Source of the DNA: an uncultured Rhodospirillaceae bacterium
GTDB taxonomy: Bacteria; Pseudomonadota; Alphaproteobacteria; UBA7887
NCBI GenBank assembly: GCA_964408735.1
Contig: CAYPAX010000005.1
Span: 374-64,373 of the forward strand
Reading direction: 5' to 3'
DNA length: 64,000 bases
Part shown: positions 17,685 through 26,422 of the stretch, one piece after another
Layout: each line of letters begins with the position of its first letter
Numbering within the stretch: the first letter of the stretch is position 1
Position numbers and translations under genes: made by a program
Notes under the pieces: model-generated
Told to the model about the DNA's origin: nothing
What the model saw: only the letters and a program-made list of their open reading frames with translations
The model's database searches: none

Positions 17685-17868
17685 AGACCGCTGTCTCCTC
17701 ATCTCGCCGGCCTTCGCCGTTGGCCCAAAATAGCCTTATCGAACGCCGTCTGGCCAGTCCCTGAGACGGAAAAACGCAACAGTTGCCGCCATAGTCATTC
17801 CGCACTTGACGCGGGGCTGAGAGTCGGGGACCGTGCGCGCCATGGCGAGAATGACGAGGAAGCATCGC

Positions 17869-19005
17869 ATGCGGCCCGTGGCAGCGGTTTTCGGGGCTTT
17901 CGGCTGCGCTGTCGTTGCCTCCGGCGCGGTGGCCTTCGACGACACAGATCTGCAGCGGCTGGCCGCCCTCAACCAGTGCGAAGCCTGTGATTTGCGTGAG
18001 GCAACGCTGGCGGGTGCCGACCTCAGCGGCGGCGCCTTGGTGCGGGTGGACTTGCGCCAGGCCGATCTGCGCCAGGCCGATCTCAGCCACGCGCTGCTGC
18101 CGCAGGCGCGCCTCGGCAAGGCCGATATGAGCGGCGCCGACCTTACCCGCGCCATGCTGCGCGAGGCCGATTTGCGCAATGCCATTCTGGCGGATGCGGC
18201 GATGGGGTTTGCCGATTTGGGCTATGCGCAGCTGAGCAATGCCAATCTTGCTGGCGCCCGCTTGGCCCGTGCGGAGTTGGGCCGCGCCACCTTGCGGCGC
18301 AGCGACCTGACCGGCGCCAATCTCGGCAAGATCGAAGCCATCGATGCCGATCTCTCGGGCGCCACGCTGATCGGCGCCAACCTGACCCGGGCCAATCTTC
18401 GCAAGGCCTTCATGGGCGAGGCGGACCTTACCGGCGCGCATATGACCGAGGCGGTACTGAGCCGCGCCGACCTTGCCGGGGCGATCCTGGTCTCGGCCAA
18501 TCTCGAACAGGCGAGCCTGCGCGCCTCGTACCTCAACGATGTGGATCTCAGCCGGGCGAACCTGGTGGATGCGGATCTGTCGGGCGCCGATCTGAGCGGC
18601 GCCAACTTGCACCGGACGCAGGCGCGCGGCGCCATCTTCGCCCGCGCCATCCTCAGCAGCGCCACCCTCACGGCGGCCGATCTCAGCGGTGCCGATCTGG
18701 CCGGCGCGCTTGTGGATAACGCCGATTTCAGCGCCGCGCTGCTGGCCGGTGCCAGCTTCGTCAAGGCCGACCTGAACAATGGCACGCTGGATCGTGCCGA
18801 CCTCAAGGGCGCGACCTTGCGCGATGCCAATCTGCGCGGCGCCAGTCTGGCCGGCGCCGACCTCAGCGCCGCCGTGCTGCGCAAGGCCAATCTCAGCGAG
18901 GCCGATCTCTCCGGCGCCATATTGGAGGGCGCGGATCTCACCGGCGCCATCCTCTGCGCGACAAAGATGCCTTGGGGCGAGGAGAACGGGGGATGCGAAG
19001 AATGA
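17869..19005 (+). CDS. Secreted pentapeptide-repeat protein (long)
   Basis: Signal peptide, CEACDL cap, dozens of A(D/N)LxG repeats, C-terminal CATKMPWGEENGGC. Confidence 0.92.
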   Translation: MRPVAAVFGAFGCAVVASGAVAFDDTDLQRLAALNQCEACDLREATLAGADLSGGALVRVDLRQADLRQADLSHALLPQARLGKADMSGADLTRAMLREADLRNAILADAAMGFADLGYAQLSNANLAGARLARAELGRATLRRSDLTGANLGKIEAIDADLSGATLIGANLTRANLRKAFMGEADLTGAHMTEAVLSRADLAGAILVSANLEQASLRASYLNDVDLSRANLVDADLSGADLSGANLHRTQARGAIFARAILSSATLTAADLSGADLAGALVDNADFSAALLAGASFVKADLNNGTLDRADLKGATLRDANLRGASLAGADLSAAVLRKANLSEADLSGAILEGADLTGAILCATKMPWGEENGGCEE

Positions 19006-19601
19006 GGCTTGCCGTGCTCTGTCTGCTGGCTTTTGCCACGCCGGCGCTTGCCTTCGATGACGCCCATCTCGCGGCGCTCGAGGCCGAGGGCCAGTGTATC
19101 GCCTGCGACCTGTCCGGCGCCGATCTTGCCGGCGCTGCGCTTGCCAAGGCCAATCTCTGGCGCGCTGACCTCAGCGGCGCCAATCTCGCCGCTGCCGATC
19201 TCAGCGGTGCCAACCTCCGCGATGCCGACCTTACGGGCGCCGACCTCAGCGGGGCGCTCCTCAGCGAGGCCAATCTCAAATATGCCGGTCTCGCCGCTGC
19301 CGACCTCAGCACCGCCAAGCTGACCGGGGCCAACCTGCTCGCCGCCGACCTTGCCGGCGCAAACCTCAGCGGTGCCGACTTGACCTACGCCTATCTCGCC
19401 CATGCCGACTTGCGCGGCGTCAACGTTGCCGGCAGCACCTGGCAGAACGCCACCTTGAGCGAGGCCGACCTCGATCGTACCGACCTGACCGACCTCGACC
19501 TCACCAGCGCCGCCTTGCGCAACACCAAAGTTGCCGGCGCCACCTTTTGCCGCACCCAGACTCCCTGGGGCCAAGAGGATTCCGGCTGCGGCGACCTATG
19601 A
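19002..19601 (+). CDS. Secreted pentapeptide-repeat protein (short paralog)
   Basis: ATGA coupling, signal peptide ALA, CIACDL cap, ADLSG/ANL repeats, CRTQTPWGQEDSGC. Confidence 0.92.
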   Translation: MRLAVLCLLAFATPALAFDDAHLAALEAEGQCIACDLSGADLAGAALAKANLWRADLSGANLAAADLSGANLRDADLTGADLSGALLSEANLKYAGLAAADLSTAKLTGANLLAADLAGANLSGADLTYAYLAHADLRGVNVAGSTWQNATLSEADLDRTDLTDLDLTSAALRNTKVAGATFCRTQTPWGQEDSGCGDL

Positions 19602-19963
19602 GCGATTCTCATTTCTTCAATCTGCATGACCTCAGCCAGGGCATAGCGCGCACCCTGGCGGAAGGGCTTGAGACACGAATCTTCCCCGGCGAAAACGTCA
19701 TGCTGTCGGTGGTGCGCATGGCGCCGAACAAATCGGGCAGCCTGCACAGCCACCCCCAGGAGCAATGGGGCGTGATGCTTGAAGGCAGCGGCGTGCGCAT
19801 CCAGGATGGCGTCGAGCACCCGGTCGCGGCTGGCGACTTCTGGCAGTCGCCGGGCAATGTAGAGCACGGCTTCAAGGCCGGGCCGGAGGGCGCGCTGGTG
19901 CTCGATATCTTCAGCCCGCCGCGTGACGAATACCGCAAGAAAGGCTCGGGCTTTGGCGCTTGA
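19598..19963 (+). CDS. Cupin domain protein
   Basis: HSHPQEQWG ... PGNVEHG, LDIFSPPRDEY; ATGA coupling. Confidence 0.9.
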   Translation: MSDSHFFNLHDLSQGIARTLAEGLETRIFPGENVMLSVVRMAPNKSGSLHSHPQEQWGVMLEGSGVRIQDGVEHPVAAGDFWQSPGNVEHGFKAGPEGALVLDIFSPPRDEYRKKGSGFGA

Positions 19964-21041
19964 GGCGGAGACCGACGGCGAGGTTGTCGCCGATGCGGGC
20001 GCGCTGACCGAGAGCATCACCGCGGTCTTTGCCGCCTGCGGCTCTGCGCCTGAGGAAGCGCGCGCGATCGCGGAAAACCTTGTCGCCGCCAACCTTGCCG
20101 GCCACGACAGCCACGGCATCGGCGTGTTGCCGCTCTATGTGCGCAACGTCCGCAACGGGGCGCTCTTCGCCAACCAGCATGTCAGCGTGCTGCGCGACAG
20201 CGGGCCGGTGGTGCAACTCGACGGCAATCTCGGCTACGGCCAGGTGATCGGGGCCGAGGCCATGGACATCGGGATTGCCAAGGCGAAAGAGACCGGCGTT
20301 GCTATCCTGGCGCTTCGCAACACCCACCACCTCGGGCGCATCGGTGCCTGGGCCGAGCTTTGCGCGGACGCCGGGCTGGTCTCTATCCATTACGTCAACA
20401 TCAATGGCCACAAGCCGCTGGTCGCCCCGTTCGGCGGTGCGGAAGGGCGATACGCCACCAACCCCTATTGTACGGCCATTCCGGGCACCGATACGCAGCC
20501 GCCGATCGTGCTCGACATGGCAACGAGCAAGATCGCCGTCGGCAAGGTGAGGGTGGCCTACAACAAGGGCGAAACCGTCGCCGACGACACCCTGATCGAC
20601 CCCTCCGGCGTGGCGACCAACGATCCCGGCATCATGTTTCAGGAGCCCCGTGGCGCGCTGCTGCCGTTCGGCGACCACAAGGGCTATGGGCTCGCCCTGA
20701 TATGCGAGGTGCTGGCGGGGGCGCTGGTCAATGGCGGCGGCTGCGTGCCGCAGCGACAGACCCGCGACAGCGTCATCAACAATATGCTCAGCATCATTCT
20801 CGATCCGGCTGCACTGGGCGATGCGGATTTCTTCCGCAGGGAATTGGACGAGATCACCCGCTATGTGAAATCGTCCGCGCCGGCGGAGGGCGTCGAGGCG
20901 GTGATGGTGCCGGGCGATCCCGAGCGCAAGCAGAGGGCGTCGCGAGGCGCAGGCGGCATTGCCATTGATGCCACGACATGGCGGGAAATCGTCGAAGCCG
21001 CGGAATCGCTGGGCCTATCAGCTACGGATATGAGAGTCTAA
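19953..21041 (+). CDS. Ldh_2 family (malate/L-lactate/ureidoglycolate/hydroxycarboxylate) dehydrogenase; start approximate
   Basis: GHDSHG, HHLGRIG, TNP, LDMATS, FGDHKGYGL, PGDPER. Confidence 0.9.
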   Translation: MALEAETDGEVVADAGALTESITAVFAACGSAPEEARAIAENLVAANLAGHDSHGIGVLPLYVRNVRNGALFANQHVSVLRDSGPVVQLDGNLGYGQVIGAEAMDIGIAKAKETGVAILALRNTHHLGRIGAWAELCADAGLVSIHYVNINGHKPLVAPFGGAEGRYATNPYCTAIPGTDTQPPIVLDMATSKIAVGKVRVAYNKGETVADDTLIDPSGVATNDPGIMFQEPRGALLPFGDHKGYGLALICEVLAGALVNGGGCVPQRQTRDSVINNMLSIILDPAALGDADFFRRELDEITRYVKSSAPAEGVEAVMVPGDPERKQRASRGAGGIAIDATTWREIVEAAESLGLSATDMRV

Positions 21042-21051
21042 GGAGACGAGC

Positions 21052-21738
21052 GTGCCGGTAGATTACGAAATCGTCGTACATGGCAACAATCTGCGAACAA
21101 AGGACGGATTCCTGGGGCTTGCCAATGCGACGCTGATCACCTGCGACGATGGTCCGATCCTGTTCGACGTCGGCCATTACTGCAATCGCATGACCTTGCT
21201 CGACGCCCTGGCAGCCAAAGACATGAGCCCGGCCGACGTCAAGGTGGTGTTTCTCTCGCACCTACATTTCGACCATGCCAACAATATCGATCTGTTTCCC
21301 GACGCCAAGATCATGGTCAGCCGGCGGGAATGGGACTATGCGGGCGATCCTCACAAGGACGACCTGTTCATTCCCTGGATGGTGCGCGAACAGTTGCAGA
21401 AGCATAATCTGGAACTGATCGATGGCGAGGCGCGCATTTGCAACGGTGTGCGCTACTTTCCGGCGCCGGGCCACACGCCGGGCTCCTTCGCGCTGCGCCT
21501 CGATACGGAAAAGTCGGGCTGCGTGGTTGTGGCGGGCGATGCCATAAAGTACCCGAAGGAGGCGCTGACGCGGTGCTGCGACCTGGCCTTCGACAGTATC
21601 GCCAACGGCAAGGCTACCATCGGGCATATTCTCGATATGGCGGACCGCATCGTCCCGGGTCATTTCCCCGAGCTGATCAAGCGCGATGGCGGCTTCGTCT
21701 GGGAGGATGCGGCAGAGTTTTCCTTGCTGGTACGCTAA
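21052..21738 (+). CDS. Metallo-beta-lactamase-fold hydrolase (lactonase-like)
   Basis: SHLHFDH, PGHTPG, AGDA, VPGH; AAGGAG RBS. Confidence 0.9.
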   Translation: MPVDYEIVVHGNNLRTKDGFLGLANATLITCDDGPILFDVGHYCNRMTLLDALAAKDMSPADVKVVFLSHLHFDHANNIDLFPDAKIMVSRREWDYAGDPHKDDLFIPWMVREQLQKHNLELIDGEARICNGVRYFPAPGHTPGSFALRLDTEKSGCVVVAGDAIKYPKEALTRCCDLAFDSIANGKATIGHILDMADRIVPGHFPELIKRDGGFVWEDAAEFSLLVR

Positions 21739-22490
21739 CGCGCGTTGCGAGCACCGTCGACCATGTAGACAGAGCCGGAGCAGTGGCTGCTGTCGTCGGA
21801 AGCGAGGAACAGCATTACCTTGGCGATCTCCTCCGGCTCGGCGTAGCGGCCGAGCGGCGAAGTGCGGGCGAAGCGAGCGTGCACGCCTTCCGGATCGTCC
21901 GCGTCCATGCCGGCCTCGATGGAGCGCATCATGCGCGTCTCGACGGGAGACGGATTGATGCTGTTGACGCGCACGCCATCGGGTGCGCCTTCGAGCGCTG
22001 CCGTGCGCATCAGGCCGATAACGCCGTGCTTGCTCGCGACATAGGCGCTCATGCCTTCGCGCCCGCGTATGCCGGCGATCGACGAGGTGACCACGATGCT
22101 GCCGCCGCCGCGCCTGGCGATCGCCGGCAGGGTGTGTTTGAGGCCGAGCCAGACGCCGCACAAGTTGACGGCGATGACCCGGTCGAAAATGTCCTCGGGA
22201 TAGTCGGCGATGGGCTGGATGACGCCTTCGATACCGGCGTTCAAGAGAGCGATATCGAGGCCGCCGAAACGCTCTTCGGCTGTGGCGACACACTGCCGCA
22301 CAGCCTCGCCATCAGACATGTCGGCGGTGACGCAGGCGACATCGTCACCCGTAAGTGCTGCCATGCCGGCTTCGTCGCGGTCGACCAGCACGAGCTTCGC
22401 ACCCTCCGCCGCGAAGAGCCGTGCCGCGGCCGCGCCGATTCCCGCCGCCGCGCCCGTGATCAGCGCCACCTTATCCTGCAAGCGTCCCAT
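21735..22490 (-). CDS. SDR family oxidoreductase
   Basis: TGAAAGIG, LNAGI, YVASKH, VDG. Confidence 0.93.
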   Translation of the reverse strand: MGRLQDKVALITGAAAGIGAAAARLFAAEGAKLVLVDRDEAGMAALTGDDVACVTADMSDGEAVRQCVATAEERFGGLDIALLNAGIEGVIQPIADYPEDIFDRVIAVNLCGVWLGLKHTLPAIARRGGGSIVVTSSIAGIRGREGMSAYVASKHGVIGLMRTAALEGAPDGVRVNSINPSPVETRMMRSIEAGMDADDPEGVHARFARTSPLGRYAEPEEIAKVMLFLASDDSSHCSGSVYMVDGARNAR

Positions 22491-22511
22491 ATGCTCAGTC
22501 CCTTCCCGATA

Positions 22512-22952
22512 TCACAGCAATGTCACCCATTCCTGGGCCCAGGTCAGCGCCTCGTCATCGGGAAGCGGCTGGGTACAGGCATCGATTTCAAGGCGCTCGC
22601 CGACTTTGGTTGCACCGAGCCCGGCGAACAGGGCATCGAGCTGGCGGCCGGCGCCGCAGAAGGTGTCGGCGAAGGTCTGGTCGCCAAGGGCGATAACGCC
22701 ATAGCGCAAATGGGCAAGATCGGGGCGGCTTTGGCTGAGGCTCTCCTGTAGCGGAATGATGTTGTCCGGCAACTCGCCGTCGCCATGGGTCGAGGTGCAG
22801 ATCAGCACCACCCTTTCCGTCTCGGGCAGAGTGTGCTCCTCGGCCATGACCTCGACCTCGTGGCCCGCCGGCCCCAGCTCTTCGGCCAGGGTCTCGGCGA
22901 CAAGCTCCGCATTGCCCGATTCGGTTCCTACCAGGATGAGGATGTCGGCCAC
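22512..22952 (-). CDS. Flavodoxin (MioC-like); alternative ATG at 22979
   Basis: GTESGNAE, TSTHGDGELPDN, LGDQTF..FCGAG. Confidence 0.9.
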   Translation of the reverse strand: MADILILVGTESGNAELVAETLAEELGPAGHEVEVMAEEHTLPETERVVLICTSTHGDGELPDNIIPLQESLSQSRPDLAHLRYGVIALGDQTFADTFCGAGRQLDALFAGLGATKVGERLEIDACTQPLPDDEALTWAQEWVTLL

Positions 22953-23076
22953 GTCACGCGCCCCGTTCGCGTTTCCCATTCCCCGGCAGTCTCGGCAATC
23001 GTCGCGGCGCTTGCAACCTTTGCCATGTTGCCGCCACCGACGGGTAGGATTAGGCTGACGGGGGAGGAGCGGCCGC

Positions 23077-23847
23077 ATGATGCAGGACAAGGATCGCGCG
23101 TTGGTGGCGCGTATCGCCGCCGGCGACACCCTGGCGGGGCCGGACGAAGTGACGCCGGGCTATCGCGGCGAGCTTTTGCGAATGATGGTGGGGCTGGTCG
23201 ATTCCCAGCTCGCCGGTGCCGCCGGGCTTGCCGGGCAGGTCAATGCCGCGCCGACCATCGCCGACCGCCAGCTTGCGGCTCGCATGGTCAGCGAGAAGTT
23301 CGGCCATGCCGGCACCGTTCTCGAGCTTCTGGTGCCTTTCGGTGTCGATCCCGACCTTTACATGGTCGAGCATGCCTGGGATGCGCGCGTCGACCGCTCG
23401 GCGGATCTCGGATATCGCCGCATCGGCGGCGACAAGCGCCTCAACGTGTTTCACTACCCCTTGCAGGGCTGGCTCGATTCGCTGGTCTTCGTGCTGCTGA
23501 TGGGAGGGGCCTCGGTGATCCAACTGATCGACCAGGTGGCGTCGTCCTACAAGCCCTTCGCCGGCGCCCTGGCCAGCATCGTGGCTCGCGAGGCACGCCA
23601 TGCCCGACAAAGCGAGCGGGCGTTGGAACTGGTCATCGAGCGCTCGGGCAACCGCACCAGACCCCAAGCCGCCGTGGCCTATTGGTGGCCGCGTGTGGTG
23701 GCGAGCTTCGGGCATGCCGATTCCGAGCGCATGGCGCTTTACGCTGCCTATGGTCTGCGACGGCGCGGCAATGGCGAGCTGCTAGAGCAATGGCGGGAGG
23801 AGACGGTCAAGCGCCTCAGGGCGCTCGGCCTGGAAGCAGGCGCGTGA
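23077..23847 (+). CDS. PaaA/PaaC-family ferritin-like phenylacetate-catabolism protein (degenerate di-iron motifs)
   Basis: YRGELLR..VDSQL, AP..., EKFGHA, SSYKPF, REARHA, YWWP pattern of PaaA_PaaC family; GAGGAG RBS. Confidence 0.75.
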   Translation: MMQDKDRALVARIAAGDTLAGPDEVTPGYRGELLRMMVGLVDSQLAGAAGLAGQVNAAPTIADRQLAARMVSEKFGHAGTVLELLVPFGVDPDLYMVEHAWDARVDRSADLGYRRIGGDKRLNVFHYPLQGWLDSLVFVLLMGGASVIQLIDQVASSYKPFAGALASIVAREARHARQSERALELVIERSGNRTRPQAAVAYWWPRVVASFGHADSERMALYAAYGLRRRGNGELLEQWREETVKRLRALGLEAGA

Positions 23848-24575
23848 GATATCTCGGGGCGGCGTTGCTTGCGGCGCTTTTTGCCACAGCACCGTCTGTG
23901 GCTGGCGATCCAGAGCGCGAGTGGCAGTTCGTGCACGACGTGCTGTTCGGCGGCAACGCCGAGGGCGATCCCGATGACCCGCGCGTCAACCGCTTTGTTG
24001 AACAGCCGCTGGCAATGGTGTTCGACGGGCAGCCTGCGGACATCGAATTCGTGGCTGGCGCGGTTGCCGCCATGGACGGTCTGCTGGGCGAGACCAGGCT
24101 GCGGCTAGAGACCCGGCGGCCCGATCTCGTCAACGTTGCGCTACTGGTGCTGCCGCGCGATCGCCTGCCCTGGATTGTCAGGCGCTATGACCTGAATGGC
24201 AATGTCGCCAAGCTCGGCGTCGGCTACACGGAGTCCTGGCTGGGGCCGGCGCTCGATATCGACCGCTCTCTGGCGCTGATCATGGCCGAGACGCAAGGGC
24301 ACGAGCGCCGTGCCACGCTGATCCACGAGCTGTACCATACCCTGGGTCCCGGCGGGCACAGTGCACTGTTTCCCGAAAGCGTAGTCTATCGCGATGGCTT
24401 GGCAAGCTCCAGCGCGCTCACGCTGGCGCCGGTGGATGTGAAGCTGATGGCACTGCTCTACCGTCACCTGGCGCCCGGTGACACAGTTGCCGAGGTCCGC
24501 GAGGCCTTCGATCTGTACTGGGACGCGCTCGATCCGCTGGTAGATCAGTACAACGCCTCCAGGCGCTCGCCGTAG
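23844..24575 (+). CDS. Exported DUF2927-like putative zinc metallopeptidase
   Basis: Signal peptide, LIHELYHTLG..GHS, D.KLMALLY; GTGA coupling. Confidence 0.65.
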   Translation: MRYLGAALLAALFATAPSVAGDPEREWQFVHDVLFGGNAEGDPDDPRVNRFVEQPLAMVFDGQPADIEFVAGAVAAMDGLLGETRLRLETRRPDLVNVALLVLPRDRLPWIVRRYDLNGNVAKLGVGYTESWLGPALDIDRSLALIMAETQGHERRATLIHELYHTLGPGGHSALFPESVVYRDGLASSSALTLAPVDVKLMALLYRHLAPGDTVAEVREAFDLYWDALDPLVDQYNASRRSP

Positions 24576-26323
24576 TGCGCCAGGATCTGATGCCGGCGCA
24601 GTTTCATGGTCGGTGTCATCATTTCGTTTTCGACCGTGAACAGCCCATCGGCGACGCTAAAGCGGCGCACTTTCTCGATCACGGAAAGCTCGCCATTCGC
24701 CCGCGTCACCGCGTCATCCAACGCCGCGTGTAGGTCGCTGTCCGTCGCCAGCTCGGCCAGGTTCGCGGACTTGTCGTTGGCCCTGGCCCATTGCGTGACG
24801 AACTCCTCGGTCGGCACCACAAGCGCTACCAGATGCGGGCGCTGGTCGCCCATCACCATGGCCTGCTCGATCTCCGGCTCCAGGGCGAGCACGCCTTCCA
24901 CCCGTTGCGGCGAGACATTGTCGCCGCCGGATATCACGATGATGTCCTTCTTGCGGTCGGTAATCTCGATATAGCCGTCCTCGTCGATGACGCCGATATC
25001 GCCGGTGTGCAGCCAGCCGTCCTTGAGTGCCGCGGCGGTCTCCTCTTCCAGGTTCCAATAGCCGTCCATCAGCAGCGGCCCGCGCACCAGGATCTCGCCA
25101 TCCTCGGCGATGCGCACCTCGGTGCCGGCGGTGGGCGGGCCGACCGTGTGCAGCTTGATGAGTTTCGGCGGGTTGCAGCTGATCACCGGTGCCGCCTCGG
25201 TCTGGCCATAGCCTTGCAGCAGGCGCAGGCCGAGGGCGGTAAAGAAGATGCCGATCTCTGTATTCAGCGGCGCGCCGCCCGAGACCAGCGCCTTGAGGCG
25301 GCCGCCGAAGCGCCCGCGTACCTTCGAGCGCACCACGCGGTCGACGATGGCGTTGTCGAGGCGCTCGAACCAGCTCATGCCGTCCGGGTCCTCGTAGGCT
25401 TTGCGCCCGAGCTTGACCGCGCGCCAGAAGAGCTTCTCCTTGAAGCCGCCCTGGCGCTTGACGCCTTGCAGGATGCGCCCGCGCATCAGCTCGTAGAGCC
25501 GCGGCACCGCGGTCATGACGGTCGGTTGCGCTTCGAGCAGATTGGTGGTCAGGGTCTCGACCCGCTCGGCGTAATAGATCTCGGCGCCGATGGCGACCGG
25601 GAACATCAGCCCGCAGCTGTGCTCGTAGGAATGGGACAACGGCAGGAAGGAGAGAAACACTTCCTCGTCCAGGCCGAGTGACAGCAATAGCTCATAGGCG
25701 CCGACGCAATTGGCGAGCATGGCGCGGTGGCTGAGCATGACACCCTTGGGCGCACCGCCGGTGCCGGAGGTGTAGATCAGGCAGGCGAGGCTGTCGGCGC
25801 CTATGGCTGAGGCCTCGGCCAGCGGGTCGCCGTCGCCTTTAGAGCCGTCGTCGAGCGCTGTCTGCCAGCGAGTGACACCTTCGCCGCCACCGCCCTCGGG
25901 CTCCTCGATGGCGATGATGCGCTCGAGCCCGGGCGCGCTGGCCGCCGCCTGCAGCAGCGGCTCGGCCAGCGCGGCGGACGAGACGATGGCGAAGCGGGCG
26001 CCGCTGTCGGACAGAATGTGGCCGTGGTCGCGGGTGGTGTTGGTGGTATAGGCGGGCACGCTGACGCCGCCTGCCGCCATGATGGCGAAGTCGGCGATCG
26101 CCCAGTGCGGCGCGTTCTCCGAAACCAGGGCCACCCGGTCGCCGGATTGCAGGCCGTAGCTGCGCAAGGCCCTGGCCAGGGCGTTGACCTGATCTGCCGC
26201 CTGGCGCCACGTGGTCGGCCGATAGGTGCCGTCGACTTTGCCCCACAGGAACGGCGCATCGCCTTTCGCCTGCGCCTGTTCGTGCAGCATGGTCACCAGG
26301 TTCGGCCAGGTGTCGAGTTTCAT
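24545..26323 (-). CDS. Long-chain fatty-acid--CoA ligase
   Basis: IYTSGTGGAPKGV, LPLSHSYE, QGYGQTE, TGDIG, DRKKD, TPTMK. Confidence 0.93.
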   Translation of the reverse strand: MKLDTWPNLVTMLHEQAQAKGDAPFLWGKVDGTYRPTTWRQAADQVNALARALRSYGLQSGDRVALVSENAPHWAIADFAIMAAGGVSVPAYTTNTTRDHGHILSDSGARFAIVSSAALAEPLLQAAASAPGLERIIAIEEPEGGGGEGVTRWQTALDDGSKGDGDPLAEASAIGADSLACLIYTSGTGGAPKGVMLSHRAMLANCVGAYELLLSLGLDEEVFLSFLPLSHSYEHSCGLMFPVAIGAEIYYAERVETLTTNLLEAQPTVMTAVPRLYELMRGRILQGVKRQGGFKEKLFWRAVKLGRKAYEDPDGMSWFERLDNAIVDRVVRSKVRGRFGGRLKALVSGGAPLNTEIGIFFTALGLRLLQGYGQTEAAPVISCNPPKLIKLHTVGPPTAGTEVRIAEDGEILVRGPLLMDGYWNLEEETAAALKDGWLHTGDIGVIDEDGYIEITDRKKDIIVISGGDNVSPQRVEGVLALEPEIEQAMVMGDQRPHLVALVVPTEEFVTQWARANDKSANLAELATDSDLHAALDDAVTRANGELSVIEKVRRFSVADGLFTVENEMMTPTMKLRRHQILAHYGERLEALY

Positions 26324-26422
26324 GATTCGCTTTCCTCTTTCCCCATCGTTCGAGTCTACACCATTGGCAGCGCCGCACGAGGCGCATATAGCTGATAGAT
26401 GCGAGACTCTCGGGAGAGCGGA

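Noticed and set aside
17950-19560. Dense short DNA repeats (GCCGATCTC/GCCAATCT) suggesting an array or CRISPR
   Set aside because: The 15-nt periodicity is explained by the pentapeptide-repeat coding sequence; there are no unique spacers and no cas genes.
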